Part shown: positions 29,445 to 38,763 of the stretch, one piece after another
How the letters are laid out: every line of letters begins with the position of its first letter
Numbering within the stretch: position 1 is the first letter of the stretch
Source of the DNA: Thermoplasmata archaeon
Lineage (GTDB): Archaea > Thermoplasmatota > Thermoplasmata > Thermoplasmatales > GCA-001856825
Direction of reading: 5' to 3'
NCBI GenBank assembly: GCA_021792255.1
Contig: JAJYUZ010000003.1
Span: forward strand, 160,001-224,000
Length of the DNA: 64,000 nt
The notes under the pieces: model-generated
What the model was told of the DNA's origin: nothing
Database searches by the model: none
What the model saw: only the letters and a program-made list of their open reading frames with translations
Position numbers and translations under genes: made by a program

Positions 29445-29846
29445 TTAGTCCAGAAAGTATATCTTCTTTCTCGCCACGTCAACAATCATAAACACTGCCA
29501 ACAGAGATATGACTGTCAGAAGTACCACCTGTATCGCTACTGTCGCCGCGTTATCTGCGAAGTACTTTCCGAACAACAACGACAACACCGCGGTGGTAAC
29601 GGAAAACGTAAGCCAAGAATGCTGTGCTCCAATCTTGCCAAATTTTTCAGAGCCCTCAGGACCATGCTCTTTCACAGTAGTCACCCGTACTAGTCCAAAT
29701 ACTGCAGACAGAACATTGACCAGTGCAAGTATCTCGAGCTCTATAGACGTAGCCTTGTTTGATGCGGTCAGTACTGCCACCAAAGTCACGAGGGACAGCA
29801 CTGCAAAGAGTGCCAGCGTTAAATTGACCGTCTTCTTTAGATCCAT
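29445..29846 (-). CDS. Small 4-TM membrane protein co-transcribed with the NCS1 permease
   Basis: Four hydrophobic helices; starts 2 nt after the permease stop, with an SD-like GGAGG inside the permease 3' end. Confidence 0.8.
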   Translation of the reverse strand: MDLKKTVNLTLALFAVLSLVTLVAVLTASNKATSIELEILALVNVLSAVFGLVRVTTVKEHGPEGSEKFGKIGAQHSWLTFSVTTAVLSLLFGKYFADNAATVAIQVVLLTVISLLAVFMIVDVARKKIYFLD

Positions 29847-29848
29847 GA

Positions 29849-31291
29849 CTATTCCTTCCCTCCTGAGGACTTGGGAGATTCTCCTATTGCGGCCAACAGT
29901 TTCCTATGTTCATACTCACCAAACTCATATCTAATATTCAGCGCCTTGCATACGTAAGCGATGATTATGTAGGCAACTATCCCCACAACGAATGCATTAA
30001 CGGCGGCAATACCGATGTGTAAAAATAGTCCAGTTGCAGCGCCTATCGCGAAACTTAATATGCCGTTTACGTTTATTTCAGGATACTTACCTTCCGTGGT
30101 AAATTTGTACCGGTCTTCAAATCTCCGTATCCCCTTGACGTATCTGTGAACTATATAGAAATCAGCAATGACAACACCAGCAGCTGCTGGCAGCAAATCT
30201 CCAAGCACGGTTATAAAATTCTCAAACGGAGCTATGGATGCACCGGAAGTGTATCCTATCCATGCAGCTATCCCAACTCCTATGACGCCGTTTATGATTG
30301 CAGCAGTTCCACGTTTCATCTTCCAGAGATTTACGAGCGAAAGAGAGCCCGAATAGAGGTTAACTGCGTTTATGCATAGTTGCCCGAGAATTATGATCAG
30401 GAGTACCGCTATCCCCATCCCAACGCTTAACATGGCTTCCGTAACGAGGTATGTACCAGTTACAAGAACAAGTGCCACGCCACCCAGTATGAGGAATGGA
30501 TAGATGGCAAACATGTGAGTAGTCCAAGAGACCCAAGCGATTGTGCCTGATTTCGAGAACCTCGCTAGGTCACCTGCAATGAGTGCACCCGCTATGTACA
30601 ATCCGACAGCAGCTGTAATTCCCTCCGCCATTGAATAGGGATGGAGCGGTCGGAGAGTCAATAGATTACCGCCCCCATGCACCAGAGAGAGGGCGATAAT
30701 AAAACCTACGCCAATCAACCATATGTGCTGCGGAAGCGCTATGTAAGTGAGGAACGATAGTGCCCTGTAACCTATGTACGTTGCAAGAACCATCAGTGCA
30801 CCCCCCCAGAGAGAATCAAAGACTATGTTGTGAAGCAGACCAGTTGCAAACATCTCAGACATGACTATTCCAAACAACCATGTTTCTACAGCGTACCATC
30901 CTATGCCTGTCGTGACCATTATGAGCACGACTCCAAATATTCCAGCCGGTATTCTACCAAAAGAATATCTCCAGTTCAGATAGGTGGAGCCTCCACTCTT
31001 GGCAGACATGAAACCGGTTAAGGAGCCAATTATGGCTAGTATGGTGCTTGCTGCAAACACAGCTATTACTGCACCTACAAAAGTCAGACCGTATCCAAGC
31101 GCTCCTCCTCCCCACACGACAGCAATCGCTGCGAACGAAGCATTCATCACCATGAACAGGTTGAAAAATCCTCTTCTGGATTTCCTTGGAACTTCTTTAA
31201 GTGAGAAGTCGTCAACTATGTCTCCAAGCTTGTTTTTAGAAGGATTTTTTGACATCTGCCCGGTCGGAGCGTTCTCTCCAGCCATGGTCAA
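29849..31291 (-). CDS. NCS1 family (cytosine/purine/hydantoin) permease
   Basis: DDFSLKEVP..RR, RYSFG, GIGWYAV, DLARF, NLYSGSL, GVVIADFY; about 12 TMs. Confidence 0.9.
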   Translation of the reverse strand: MTMAGENAPTGQMSKNPSKNKLGDIVDDFSLKEVPRKSRRGFFNLFMVMNASFAAIAVVWGGGALGYGLTFVGAVIAVFAASTILAIIGSLTGFMSAKSGGSTYLNWRYSFGRIPAGIFGVVLIMVTTGIGWYAVETWLFGIVMSEMFATGLLHNIVFDSLWGGALMVLATYIGYRALSFLTYIALPQHIWLIGVGFIIALSLVHGGGNLLTLRPLHPYSMAEGITAAVGLYIAGALIAGDLARFSKSGTIAWVSWTTHMFAIYPFLILGGVALVLVTGTYLVTEAMLSVGMGIAVLLIIILGQLCINAVNLYSGSLSLVNLWKMKRGTAAIINGVIGVGIAAWIGYTSGASIAPFENFITVLGDLLPAAAGVVIADFYIVHRYVKGIRRFEDRYKFTTEGKYPEINVNGILSFAIGAATGLFLHIGIAAVNAFVVGIVAYIIIAYVCKALNIRYEFGEYEHRKLLAAIGESPKSSGGKE

Positions 31292-31739
31292 CCCTCCTTT
31301 TTAGTCGTTAGAAAAAGTACTTCAGTAGGGTAAAAACTCACTGCTAACATGTTACTTCACATTTGTACGCATTCAAAGTATTTAATTTTTTCACAATTCT
31401 CACTTTTTACAAAAAAAAATATCATAGGCATAGGACTTGTATCCTGATAGTTCATTATGAATTATTCAATTATCTTAAGGACTATATGGACTGAGTCTGA
31501 TGTTTTCTCTTTTGTTTGTTATCAATCGAATTACTTTCGTAAAAAAAAAATTCTGAGAAATGGTGATAAAATGGAAAATAAGAATCTTTAATATGAGCAA
31601 GCTAATGAGAGTTCGATAGAATGAGTTATCGGTTGGCACTTGACGATAAGGATTTCTTGAGGAGATTTGTAAAATTTGCGGTGTCGTCTCATCATCTCGA
31701 GATTGATAGAAACACCCTTCCATTGGAGAGGGAATTGAC

Positions 31740-32816
31740 GTGAGAGATTTAAACGTCCAGGATTTGGAGAATCTCGAGGTGGGGGCTGGCATCCTTGGAA
31801 CCGGTGGAGGTGGGGACCCCTATATAGGAAAACTCCTCGCAAGGGAACAACTCCTAAGGGGGAAGAAAATCACACTCGTAGATCCAAAGGAGGTAGATTC
31901 TGAGTCCGAAATACTCCCAGTAGCGATGATGGGAGCTCCCGTGATTATGATCGAGAAAGTTCCAGGAGGCAAGGAAGTTGTAAAATCTCTAGAGTATTTC
32001 GAAAAGAATCTCAAAGAGAGTATTGATTTCATCACTCCTATTGAGATTGGGGGAGTAAATTCAACTGTACCTTTGGCAGTGGCGGGCATGACGGGTAAAC
32101 CCGTAGTTGATGGCGATGGTGAGGGAAGGGCCTTCCCGGAGCTCCAGATGGTCACTTTCCACTTAGGAGATATCCAGGCGTCTCCAGTCGCAATGTTTGA
32201 TGAACGCGGAAACAACAACATTGTAATGGCCACGGATAATGTCTGGGCGGAGCGCATAGCTAGATCTGTCACGGTCAGATTTGGTGGGAGCGCGTACGTC
32301 GCCCTCTATCACATGAAAGGGATAGACTACAAAAAGTGGGCAGTTCTGAATACCATTACAAAATGCATAGACATAGGCGATGCTATTATGGACGCTAAGA
32401 GATCTGGTAGAAATGTTTTTGACGCCCTCCTTGACGAGACAGGAGGGGTTATGATCTTTTCAGGAAAAATCATCGAAGTGAAAAGGGAAGTGGAGAGAGG
32501 ATTTGCGAGGGGTTCCACTGTTATAGAAGGCTCTGGGGAATTCAGGAACAAACATATGAGGATAGACTTCCAGAACGAGAACCTTATGGCCAGTATAGAT
32601 GGCGAAATCATCACCAGCGTGCCCGATCTCATAACCATCCTAGACAGCGAAACTTCAGTTGCAATAACCACAGAGCACCTAAAATATGGGTTTCGTGTAA
32701 ACGTGATGGTAATGAAATGCGACGAGAGATGGAGAACAGCTAAGGGACTGGAGACAGTTGGCCCCAGATACTTTGGGTATGACATAGAATACAGACCGAT
32801 GGAGGAATTAATTTGA
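31740..32816 (+). CDS. DUF917 family protein (paralog 2)
   Basis: GILGTGGGGDP, MGAPVIMIEK, PIEIGGVNS, DGDGEGRAFPELQM, FQNENL, VPDLIT, VGPRYFGY. Confidence 0.92.
   Translation: MRDLNVQDLENLEVGAGILGTGGGGDPYIGKLLAREQLLRGKKITLVDPKEVDSESEILPVAMMGAPVIMIEKVPGGKEVVKSLEYFEKNLKESIDFITPIEIGGVNSTVPLAVAGMTGKPVVDGDGEGRAFPELQMVTFHLGDIQASPVAMFDERGNNNIVMATDNVWAERIARSVTVRFGGSAYVALYHMKGIDYKKWAVLNTITKCIDIGDAIMDAKRSGRNVFDALLDETGGVMIFSGKIIEVKREVERGFARGSTVIEGSGEFRNKHMRIDFQNENLMASIDGEIITSVPDLITILDSETSVAITTEHLKYGFRVNVMVMKCDERWRTAKGLETVGPRYFGYDIEYRPMEELI
32107..32150 (+). repeat. 44-bp perfect direct repeat, copy 1 (copy 2 at 34736-34779)
   Basis: TTGATGGCGATGGTGAGGGAAGGGCCTTCCCGGAGCTCCAGATG is identical in DUF917 paralogs 2 and 3. 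Confidence 0.95.
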
Positions 32817-34363
32817 AGGTAAGAATTGGGATTGATGTCGGTAGCACAAACACGGATGGGGTGGCCCTTGATGAAAACAACAACGTGCTCACCAAAGAAA
32901 AGTTCCAGACTACGGAAGACATTTCCACAGGTCTTTTCAACACCCTTAGAAAGGTCATTCAGAATCTCGGCAATTCGAAAGGATATATTGGAAGTGTAAT
33001 GATTGGAACCACTCATGGATTAAATGCCATTACATCTCGGGTAGGGCTTACAGAGGTTCTAGCGATCAGGATAGGTCTGCCTGCCGGAGAGGGGATTCCT
33101 CCCCTGTCAGATTGGCCAGAGGAACTGAAGGAGGCCATAGGAAACCATATCCTTATGGTAAGGGGAGGACACGAATATACTGGAGAAGAGATAGTTAAAT
33201 TCGACGAAAATGGTCTGAGAAATTACCTTGCAAATTATAGGGGAAAGATTAAGTCTGTTGCCATCACTTCGATCTTTTCGTTCGTAAACCCAGAACACGA
33301 ACTCAAAGCAGAATCCATAGTGAAAGAAGTATTAGGGGAGGAAGTCTTAGTAACACTCTCCAACAAGATCAGCAGTCTCGGTCTACTTGAAAGGGAGAAC
33401 TCTACGATTCTCAACGCAAGCATAAGACCACTAATGATGAGAATTATTGTGTCAATAGAAGAGATACTCAAGAATCTTGAACTGGGAGATGTAAAACTGT
33501 ATTTTGCACAGAATGATGGAACCGTCGCCTCAGAAGACTTTGTGCGGAAATTTCCGATTTTCACCGTAGCAGGACCAATATCAAACAGCATCAGGGGTGC
33601 ATTTGTACTCACAGGAATCGAAAATGCCGTTGTCTTTGATGTAGGGGGTGCCACTACCAACGTGGGGGCACTGACAAACGGTTATCCGAGAGAGTCCAGC
33701 AATCCTGTCATAATAGGGGGTGTCAGGACGAATTTCAGGATGCCTGACATCTTATCCATACCGCTTGCGGGTGGGACTATAGTCAGGGATAAGATAGGAC
33801 CTGATACGCTCGGTTTCAGGTTGACAAAAGAGGCAATATCATTTGGAGGAGATGTATTGACGGCTACAGACATTGCGCTGAACGCGCTGAAGATTGATCT
33901 TCCTGGAGCCGAAAGGTCTAGGGTTTTGAAAAAGTTTGACAATGATTTCATAACAAGTAAATATGTGACGATGAGAAATATGTGGGAAAATTGCCTTGAT
34001 AAGATAAAGACAAAAGCCGGGGATGTCAGGCTTGTGACCGTGGGTGGTGGCGCCTTCATGATACACAGCAAGCTTCGAGGTTCGTCAGACGTGATAAGAC
34101 CGGAAAGTGCACAGTATGCTAATGCAATTGGGGCAGCAACAGCCCTTATTGGTGCAAGGATTGACAGAGCATATTCTTACGAGGCTGTGAAGAGGGAAAA
34201 GGCCATAGAGGAATCAATTGAGCAGGCAAAATCTATCTCTGTAGAGGCGGGGGCAGTACCGTCGACCATAGAAGTGAAGGAAGTGGAAGAGGTGTCTATG
34301 CCTTACCTCCCGGGTAATTCTGTCAAGATATCAGTAAAGGTAGTGGGAAAAATGGCACAATGA
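32813..34363 (+). CDS. Hydantoinase A / oxoprolinase family ATPase (ASKHA fold)
   Basis: RIGIDVGSTNTD, GTTHGLNA, LERENSTILNA, QNDGT, DVGGATT, VGGGA, NAIGAA. Confidence 0.92.
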   Translation: MKVRIGIDVGSTNTDGVALDENNNVLTKEKFQTTEDISTGLFNTLRKVIQNLGNSKGYIGSVMIGTTHGLNAITSRVGLTEVLAIRIGLPAGEGIPPLSDWPEELKEAIGNHILMVRGGHEYTGEEIVKFDENGLRNYLANYRGKIKSVAITSIFSFVNPEHELKAESIVKEVLGEEVLVTLSNKISSLGLLERENSTILNASIRPLMMRIIVSIEEILKNLELGDVKLYFAQNDGTVASEDFVRKFPIFTVAGPISNSIRGAFVLTGIENAVVFDVGGATTNVGALTNGYPRESSNPVIIGGVRTNFRMPDILSIPLAGGTIVRDKIGPDTLGFRLTKEAISFGGDVLTATDIALNALKIDLPGAERSRVLKKFDNDFITSKYVTMRNMWENCLDKIKTKAGDVRLVTVGGGAFMIHSKLRGSSDVIRPESAQYANAIGAATALIGARIDRAYSYEAVKREKAIEESIEQAKSISVEAGAVPSTIEVKEVEEVSMPYLPGNSVKISVKVVGKMAQ

Positions 34364-35430
34364 CGTGGAGACTGAGGCACGAAGACATCGACATATTGAC
34401 TCTTGGAAGTTCTCTCCTGGGTTCAGGCGGAGGAGGAAACCCATACATTGGAGGCCTCTTGCTAAAGAAGTCGATGGAGAAATTAGGCATAGATGGGATA
34501 GAAGTTATCGCCCCCGATAGTATTAATGACGATGCTACAATAATCGCTTCTGCAGGGATGGGCTCTCCGACAATTGGATCTGAAAAATTGCCGAATGGTG
34601 AAGAGTATGCCCGGTCGTTGTCGAGACTTGAGAAAGATATGGAAATTGAATTTGAATACGTGACGCCTTCGGAGATTGGAGGGGCCAACTCGGTCGTACC
34701 CTTCATAGCTGCTCTGTTTAGGGGCCTTCCAGTGCTTGATGGCGATGGTGAGGGAAGGGCCTTCCCGGAGCTCCAGATGACGACCTTCAATCTGTACGGT
34801 ATCTCTTCCACTCCAATGTGTCTTGCGGACGAGAGAGGAAACGAACTGATCATCAACTCGGTTGATAATCTCTGGGCAGAAAGCATTGCAAGGTCTGTGA
34901 CCGCACGTTTTGGGGGAAGGGGATACGTGGCCAATTACCCAATGAGTGGAAAGGACTACAAGAAGTCGGCAGTAAAGAATTCAGTGAGTAGAGCAAGAGA
35001 TCTCGGAGAGCTCCTCTCCAGGGGGATGAGGAACAATTCGGTTGAAGATGTGCTGACAAAAGAAGCAGGCGCCAGCGAGCTTTTCGATGGCAAATTGACA
35101 GATCTTGTAAGAGAAAACAATGGTGGTTTTTCCATAGGCTATGCGATTTTCCGGTCGACAGAAGGAGAGAAGACCTCAAGAATTAGATTTCAGAACGAGT
35201 ATCTGTTCTTTGATGAGAAAATCGAAGGAGATATGATAGAGATTGTTACTACTCCCGAGATTATCTGCATACTCGATAGGGAAACATACATGCCAATAAC
35301 AACGGATAGGCTACGATACGGCCAGAGGTGCAAGGTATTTAGTCTTCCAGTTGGCGAAAAGTGGAACCATCCACTTGCGGATGATCTGGTAGGTAGAAGA
35401 GTATTTTCGGTTTTGAAACACTTTCAGTAG
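34360..35430 (+). CDS. DUF917 family protein (paralog 3)
   Basis: GSGGGGNP, MGSPTIGSEK, PSEIGGANS, DGDGEGRAFPELQM, FQNEYL. Confidence 0.9.
   Translation: MTWRLRHEDIDILTLGSSLLGSGGGGNPYIGGLLLKKSMEKLGIDGIEVIAPDSINDDATIIASAGMGSPTIGSEKLPNGEEYARSLSRLEKDMEIEFEYVTPSEIGGANSVVPFIAALFRGLPVLDGDGEGRAFPELQMTTFNLYGISSTPMCLADERGNELIINSVDNLWAESIARSVTARFGGRGYVANYPMSGKDYKKSAVKNSVSRARDLGELLSRGMRNNSVEDVLTKEAGASELFDGKLTDLVRENNGGFSIGYAIFRSTEGEKTSRIRFQNEYLFFDEKIEGDMIEIVTTPEIICILDRETYMPITTDRLRYGQRCKVFSLPVGEKWNHPLADDLVGRRVFSVLKHFQ
34736..34779 (+). repeat. 44-bp perfect direct repeat, copy 2
   Basis: Identical to 32107-32150. Confidence 0.95.
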
Positions 35431-35833
35431 GGTAGACTTACTTGTGCCAAAGAAGGGTGTTCCCCGAAGAGACCCATAGTTCATCCGGAGCAAGGTTTCG
35501 CACTGATTTATCACCACCTGTCTTGGAAACCATAAGTAATCTGTGTTGACCCACAGCTTCGTTTGGAAGATAGTCGGTTAAACATATTCTTTTGGGAAAT
35601 GTTTTCGGTGGGACCCACTTGACCGGTTCTTTAATCAATAATGGCACTTACTGGTGACTCACCATGACCAATTATACAGAAGTGGGGCGACTCTTGACTT
35701 CAATTCGTAACTTCCTTTGTAGCTCCCGCTGGGCTTCGTGACGTCATGACACTTCATCATTATCTTGAGTTGAGATGGAAAATTGGTTTCTCCCTTACAA
35801 GAGGACTAAATAAGGAACTTGATTTTTGACTAC

Positions 35834-36284
35834 ATGAAATTTAAAACAGACGATCGAGGACTAGATTTTGGGGTCTGACTGACAGTGGAGAGAGAATTAC
35901 ACTGAGTGAAAAATTGAAAGAAGGACCAGTCCTCTTGTACTTCTATCCGGAGGATGAAACTCCTGGATGTACTACAGAGACGTGCTCATTCAGAGACAAC
36001 TGGGATGAGATAAAGAAGGTGAGAGCGACTGTGCTGGGAGTGAGCTTTGACTCAGTTGATTCCCATAAGAATTTTAAATCGAACCGGCCCCTACAGTTCA
36101 TCCTCGTTTCTGATGAGAGTAAGGCGATCAGAGAAGCATATGGAGCTACTGGTCTACTGATACCCCACGTATAGCTTTTGTGATAGACAAAGGCGGAACG
36201 ATAAAGGAAGTCTATAGTTCTCAGCTCAATGCGACCAACCACGCTGATGTAGCACTGAAAACATTGAAATCTGTTAGGCAGTAA
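35834..36284 (+). pseudogene. bcp: Peroxiredoxin Bcp/PrxQ pseudogene with two frameshifts
   Basis: MKFKTDDRGLDF, shift, GLTDSGERITLSEKLKEGPVLLYFYPEDETPGCTTETCSFRD...GLLIP, shift, PRIAFVIDKGGTIKEVYSSQLNATNHA...stop 36284. Confidence 0.85.
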
Positions 36285-36347
36285 TTGCCGGGGACTACGT
36301 AGAAAGAATTCAAGAGCGGTGAAGCGACCTGATATAGTAGATCTCAG

Positions 36348-37097
36348 TCATTCTGCGAGCTTTCGTTGCAGGACTGCTCGTTCCAGTTTTATTAGGGCAC
36401 CTGCAGTCTCCCCCTTCTTTTTGGATTGATCGGAAACAGGGTCATTCAGGAATCTCCTAGCCCTCTCCAGGTGAGCCTGTGTCTCCTTCATATCTTTCAT
36501 TGAAAAATACATGTTAGCAAGAGATAATTCCGTCCTTGCATCATCTATAACGTCATCCGGAGATTTTGTCGCGACAGCATACTCGGTTCTTGAGTACCTT
36601 GGGTCTGGAGGCTGACTCGAAACGTACTCCTTCTTCACTTGCTTGAGGTAGTACGAATTCACTATACTAGTTGCCACGATGCTGCTTATAAAGACCACAA
36701 ATATGGCTGCAAAGAAAACGATGTATGAGATGGCTCTGAGGAAATAAGCTGCATAAGAAGCAACGTATCCTATTAGCAGAATTATGGGGCTTAAGTATCT
36801 TAGAACTACGGGAAGCTGAACAATTGGAGGAGCCGTAGGGTTGTTTATGCAGAAAGATATCGTGCCAAGCAGATTGACAGCCTTCTTATCTTTCTTGCAC
36901 TCGGGATTTTGGACTGTAGTAAATGCGTCATTAAGCATCTCTCTTGCTTTCGACGGTGCACCCGACAATTTGTAGAGTTGGGAAAGTTCGAATTGCGTAA
37001 ATCCAATTTTATAATAGTTATGGCCCTGTCTGTTTGCTGCAGTCTCTCTTTTCAACAGTTTCTCAAGCTGAGAAATCCTCCGCTCAGCTGTTGTCAT
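36348..37097 (-). CDS. Hypothetical membrane protein (two central TMs flanked by helical, TPR-like segments)
   Basis: 249-aa ORF; hydrophobic stretch at about aa 95-150. Confidence 0.75.
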   Translation of the reverse strand: MTTAERRISQLEKLLKRETAANRQGHNYYKIGFTQFELSQLYKLSGAPSKAREMLNDAFTTVQNPECKKDKKAVNLLGTISFCINNPTAPPIVQLPVVLRYLSPIILLIGYVASYAAYFLRAISYIVFFAAIFVVFISSIVATSIVNSYYLKQVKKEYVSSQPPDPRYSRTEYAVATKSPDDVIDDARTELSLANMYFSMKDMKETQAHLERARRFLNDPVSDQSKKKGETAGALIKLERAVLQRKLAE

Positions 37098-37380
37098 TTA
37101 CACTGAACCTCTTTGCACCTTCCCTTTCGGGAACTGCTGATACTTAATCGAAATTTAACTTAAAAATTTAATGAAAGTATTTTCTTCTTTTGGCATCTCA
37201 AATATAGCAATTTTTTCCTGATACTTCCTCATTCTGGAATGAATTTGGTTTGCAATCAGATAACTACCTGTGAATTCGTCAATGCTCGATACAGTGATAT
37301 GAATAGAAAGTGCTGGACACCCAAGTGATCTGGCATTTGCAAAAACCACCCAGGACCATTGATCTTGTAGAGTGGTAAGA

Positions 37381-38571
37381 TCAAAGCTTGCTCTTTACAA
37401 AATCTATGAAGACCTCTGCATCTCCGAAAACATTGGACAGTTTGGCATACTCATTGGGCATGTGTTCAGTTTCATCAAGAGTGCCCCATACTATTGTGTC
37501 TAGCCCTTTGTTCCTAAAGAATGCTCCGCAGGTCCCTCCACCTATTCCAACTCTGTTGACTTCAATCCCCCTGATCTTCTTGATACTGTTTATGAATTTC
37601 TGAACAAATTCCTTTCCTTCTGGAGTATTGGAAGATGGGTTTGCCCTGTTGATAAATTCAAGCTGAACTTCCACTCCAAATTCCTCCTTAAATTCGTTAG
37701 TCACTTTCTCCACTTCTTTGAAAACTTCATCAATTGAGTATCTCGGAAGAATCCTCATATCGAAATAGAAGCTCTCTTTACCGGGGATGATGTTTATCGA
37801 TGTCGTCCCGGGTTCCACTTTTGTAGGTTCAAACGTGCTCATAGGAACAGTGAATTCTGAATCGGTCGCGTTGAATTTTGAATGGAGATCTTTGTCCAAC
37901 CTCAACTCCAGCTCCCTTGCTAATCTATGGGCGTTCTTTCCAGCATCCGGGGTCGATGCGTGACATTGCTGCCCCACGACGCTTATCTTGAGCCATATCA
38001 ATCCCTTTTCCGCTATCTCCACCGAGTCCCCTTCCGGAGTGCCAAAATCAGGAACTACGAATTTGTCGTTTTTACTGAATTTCTTGTTACGAAGAACGTA
38101 GTCTATACCGAAGGTGCTTCCAGCCTCCTCGTCTGAAACAAATATTACGCCTATGTTGTTCTGCAATTCCTCTGGACACTCCAAGAAGTACTTTAGTGCG
38201 ATCAGGGAAGAAATTCCTCCTTGTCCGTTATCGCACGTCCCTCTTCCATAAATTTTATCTCCATCGATTGTGGCCTGGAAAGGGGGATATTTCCATAGAC
38301 TTAGGTCGCCCTCACTTACTGTGTCCATGTGCGCGACAAACCAAACAGTCTTCTCCTTTCCCTTGTCCAGTAGAAACAGGAGGTTCGGTCTCTTGATTCC
38401 ATCGGATACCGCTACATACTCTTCGAATTTCAAGCCCTTGTTCCAGCTCAGTATCTCCCTCTTAAGGAATTCGGCTCTCTTTTCTTCCCCTCTTCCTCCA
38501 CCGGCAGGGTTAACTGCATTTATTTCAATCATCTTTGAGTACAAGTCTAAGAAGTAGTCCCTATCACTCAT
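37381..38571 (-). CDS. M20 family metallo-hydrolase (ArgE/DapE-like)
   Basis: AHMDTV, GRGTCDNG, SDEEAGS, GQQCHASTP, EHMPNEY. Confidence 0.92.
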   Translation of the reverse strand: MSDRDYFLDLYSKMIEINAVNPAGGGRGEEKRAEFLKREILSWNKGLKFEEYVAVSDGIKRPNLLFLLDKGKEKTVWFVAHMDTVSEGDLSLWKYPPFQATIDGDKIYGRGTCDNGQGGISSLIALKYFLECPEELQNNIGVIFVSDEEAGSTFGIDYVLRNKKFSKNDKFVVPDFGTPEGDSVEIAEKGLIWLKISVVGQQCHASTPDAGKNAHRLARELELRLDKDLHSKFNATDSEFTVPMSTFEPTKVEPGTTSINIIPGKESFYFDMRILPRYSIDEVFKEVEKVTNEFKEEFGVEVQLEFINRANPSSNTPEGKEFVQKFINSIKKIRGIEVNRVGIGGGTCGAFFRNKGLDTIVWGTLDETEHMPNEYAKLSNVFGDAEVFIDFVKSKL

Positions 38572-38763
38572 GCGAATCGTTCGTTAATTGACTGCAACGA
38601 GATAAGCTTTGATGAGCTACGTTGAGCGCGCTTATGATACTGCTCGCTATCCTTAAATTATCTCTTGAGTAAGTCTGTGGTTCATGAAGCAGTTTACCAT
38701 TACGTAATGAAATAGGAACCGAATTATATTTCGTGACCCTTGATTTTATTGGGGGGCCAAGAG

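Noticed and set aside
32327-34934. Long antisense ORFs (e.g. 32327-33016, 34323-34934)
   Set aside because: They are mirror frames of well-supported sense genes, with no motifs of their own.
35431-35830. Short ORF 35438-35647 (-) or gene remnant at the island's right edge
   Set aside because: No recognisable motif in the frames examined; may be decayed DNA but cannot be supported without a search.
35834-36284. bcp expressed through programmed frameshifting
   Set aside because: Two separate shifts plus a degenerate N-terminus point to pseudogenisation; sequencing error at the short homopolymers is not excluded.
21428-36300. tRNA-Thr(GGT)-anchored integrative element
   Set aside because: No integrase and no duplicated tRNA 3' end found by eye; only chance 9-mers (GTCGGTGGC) inside genes.
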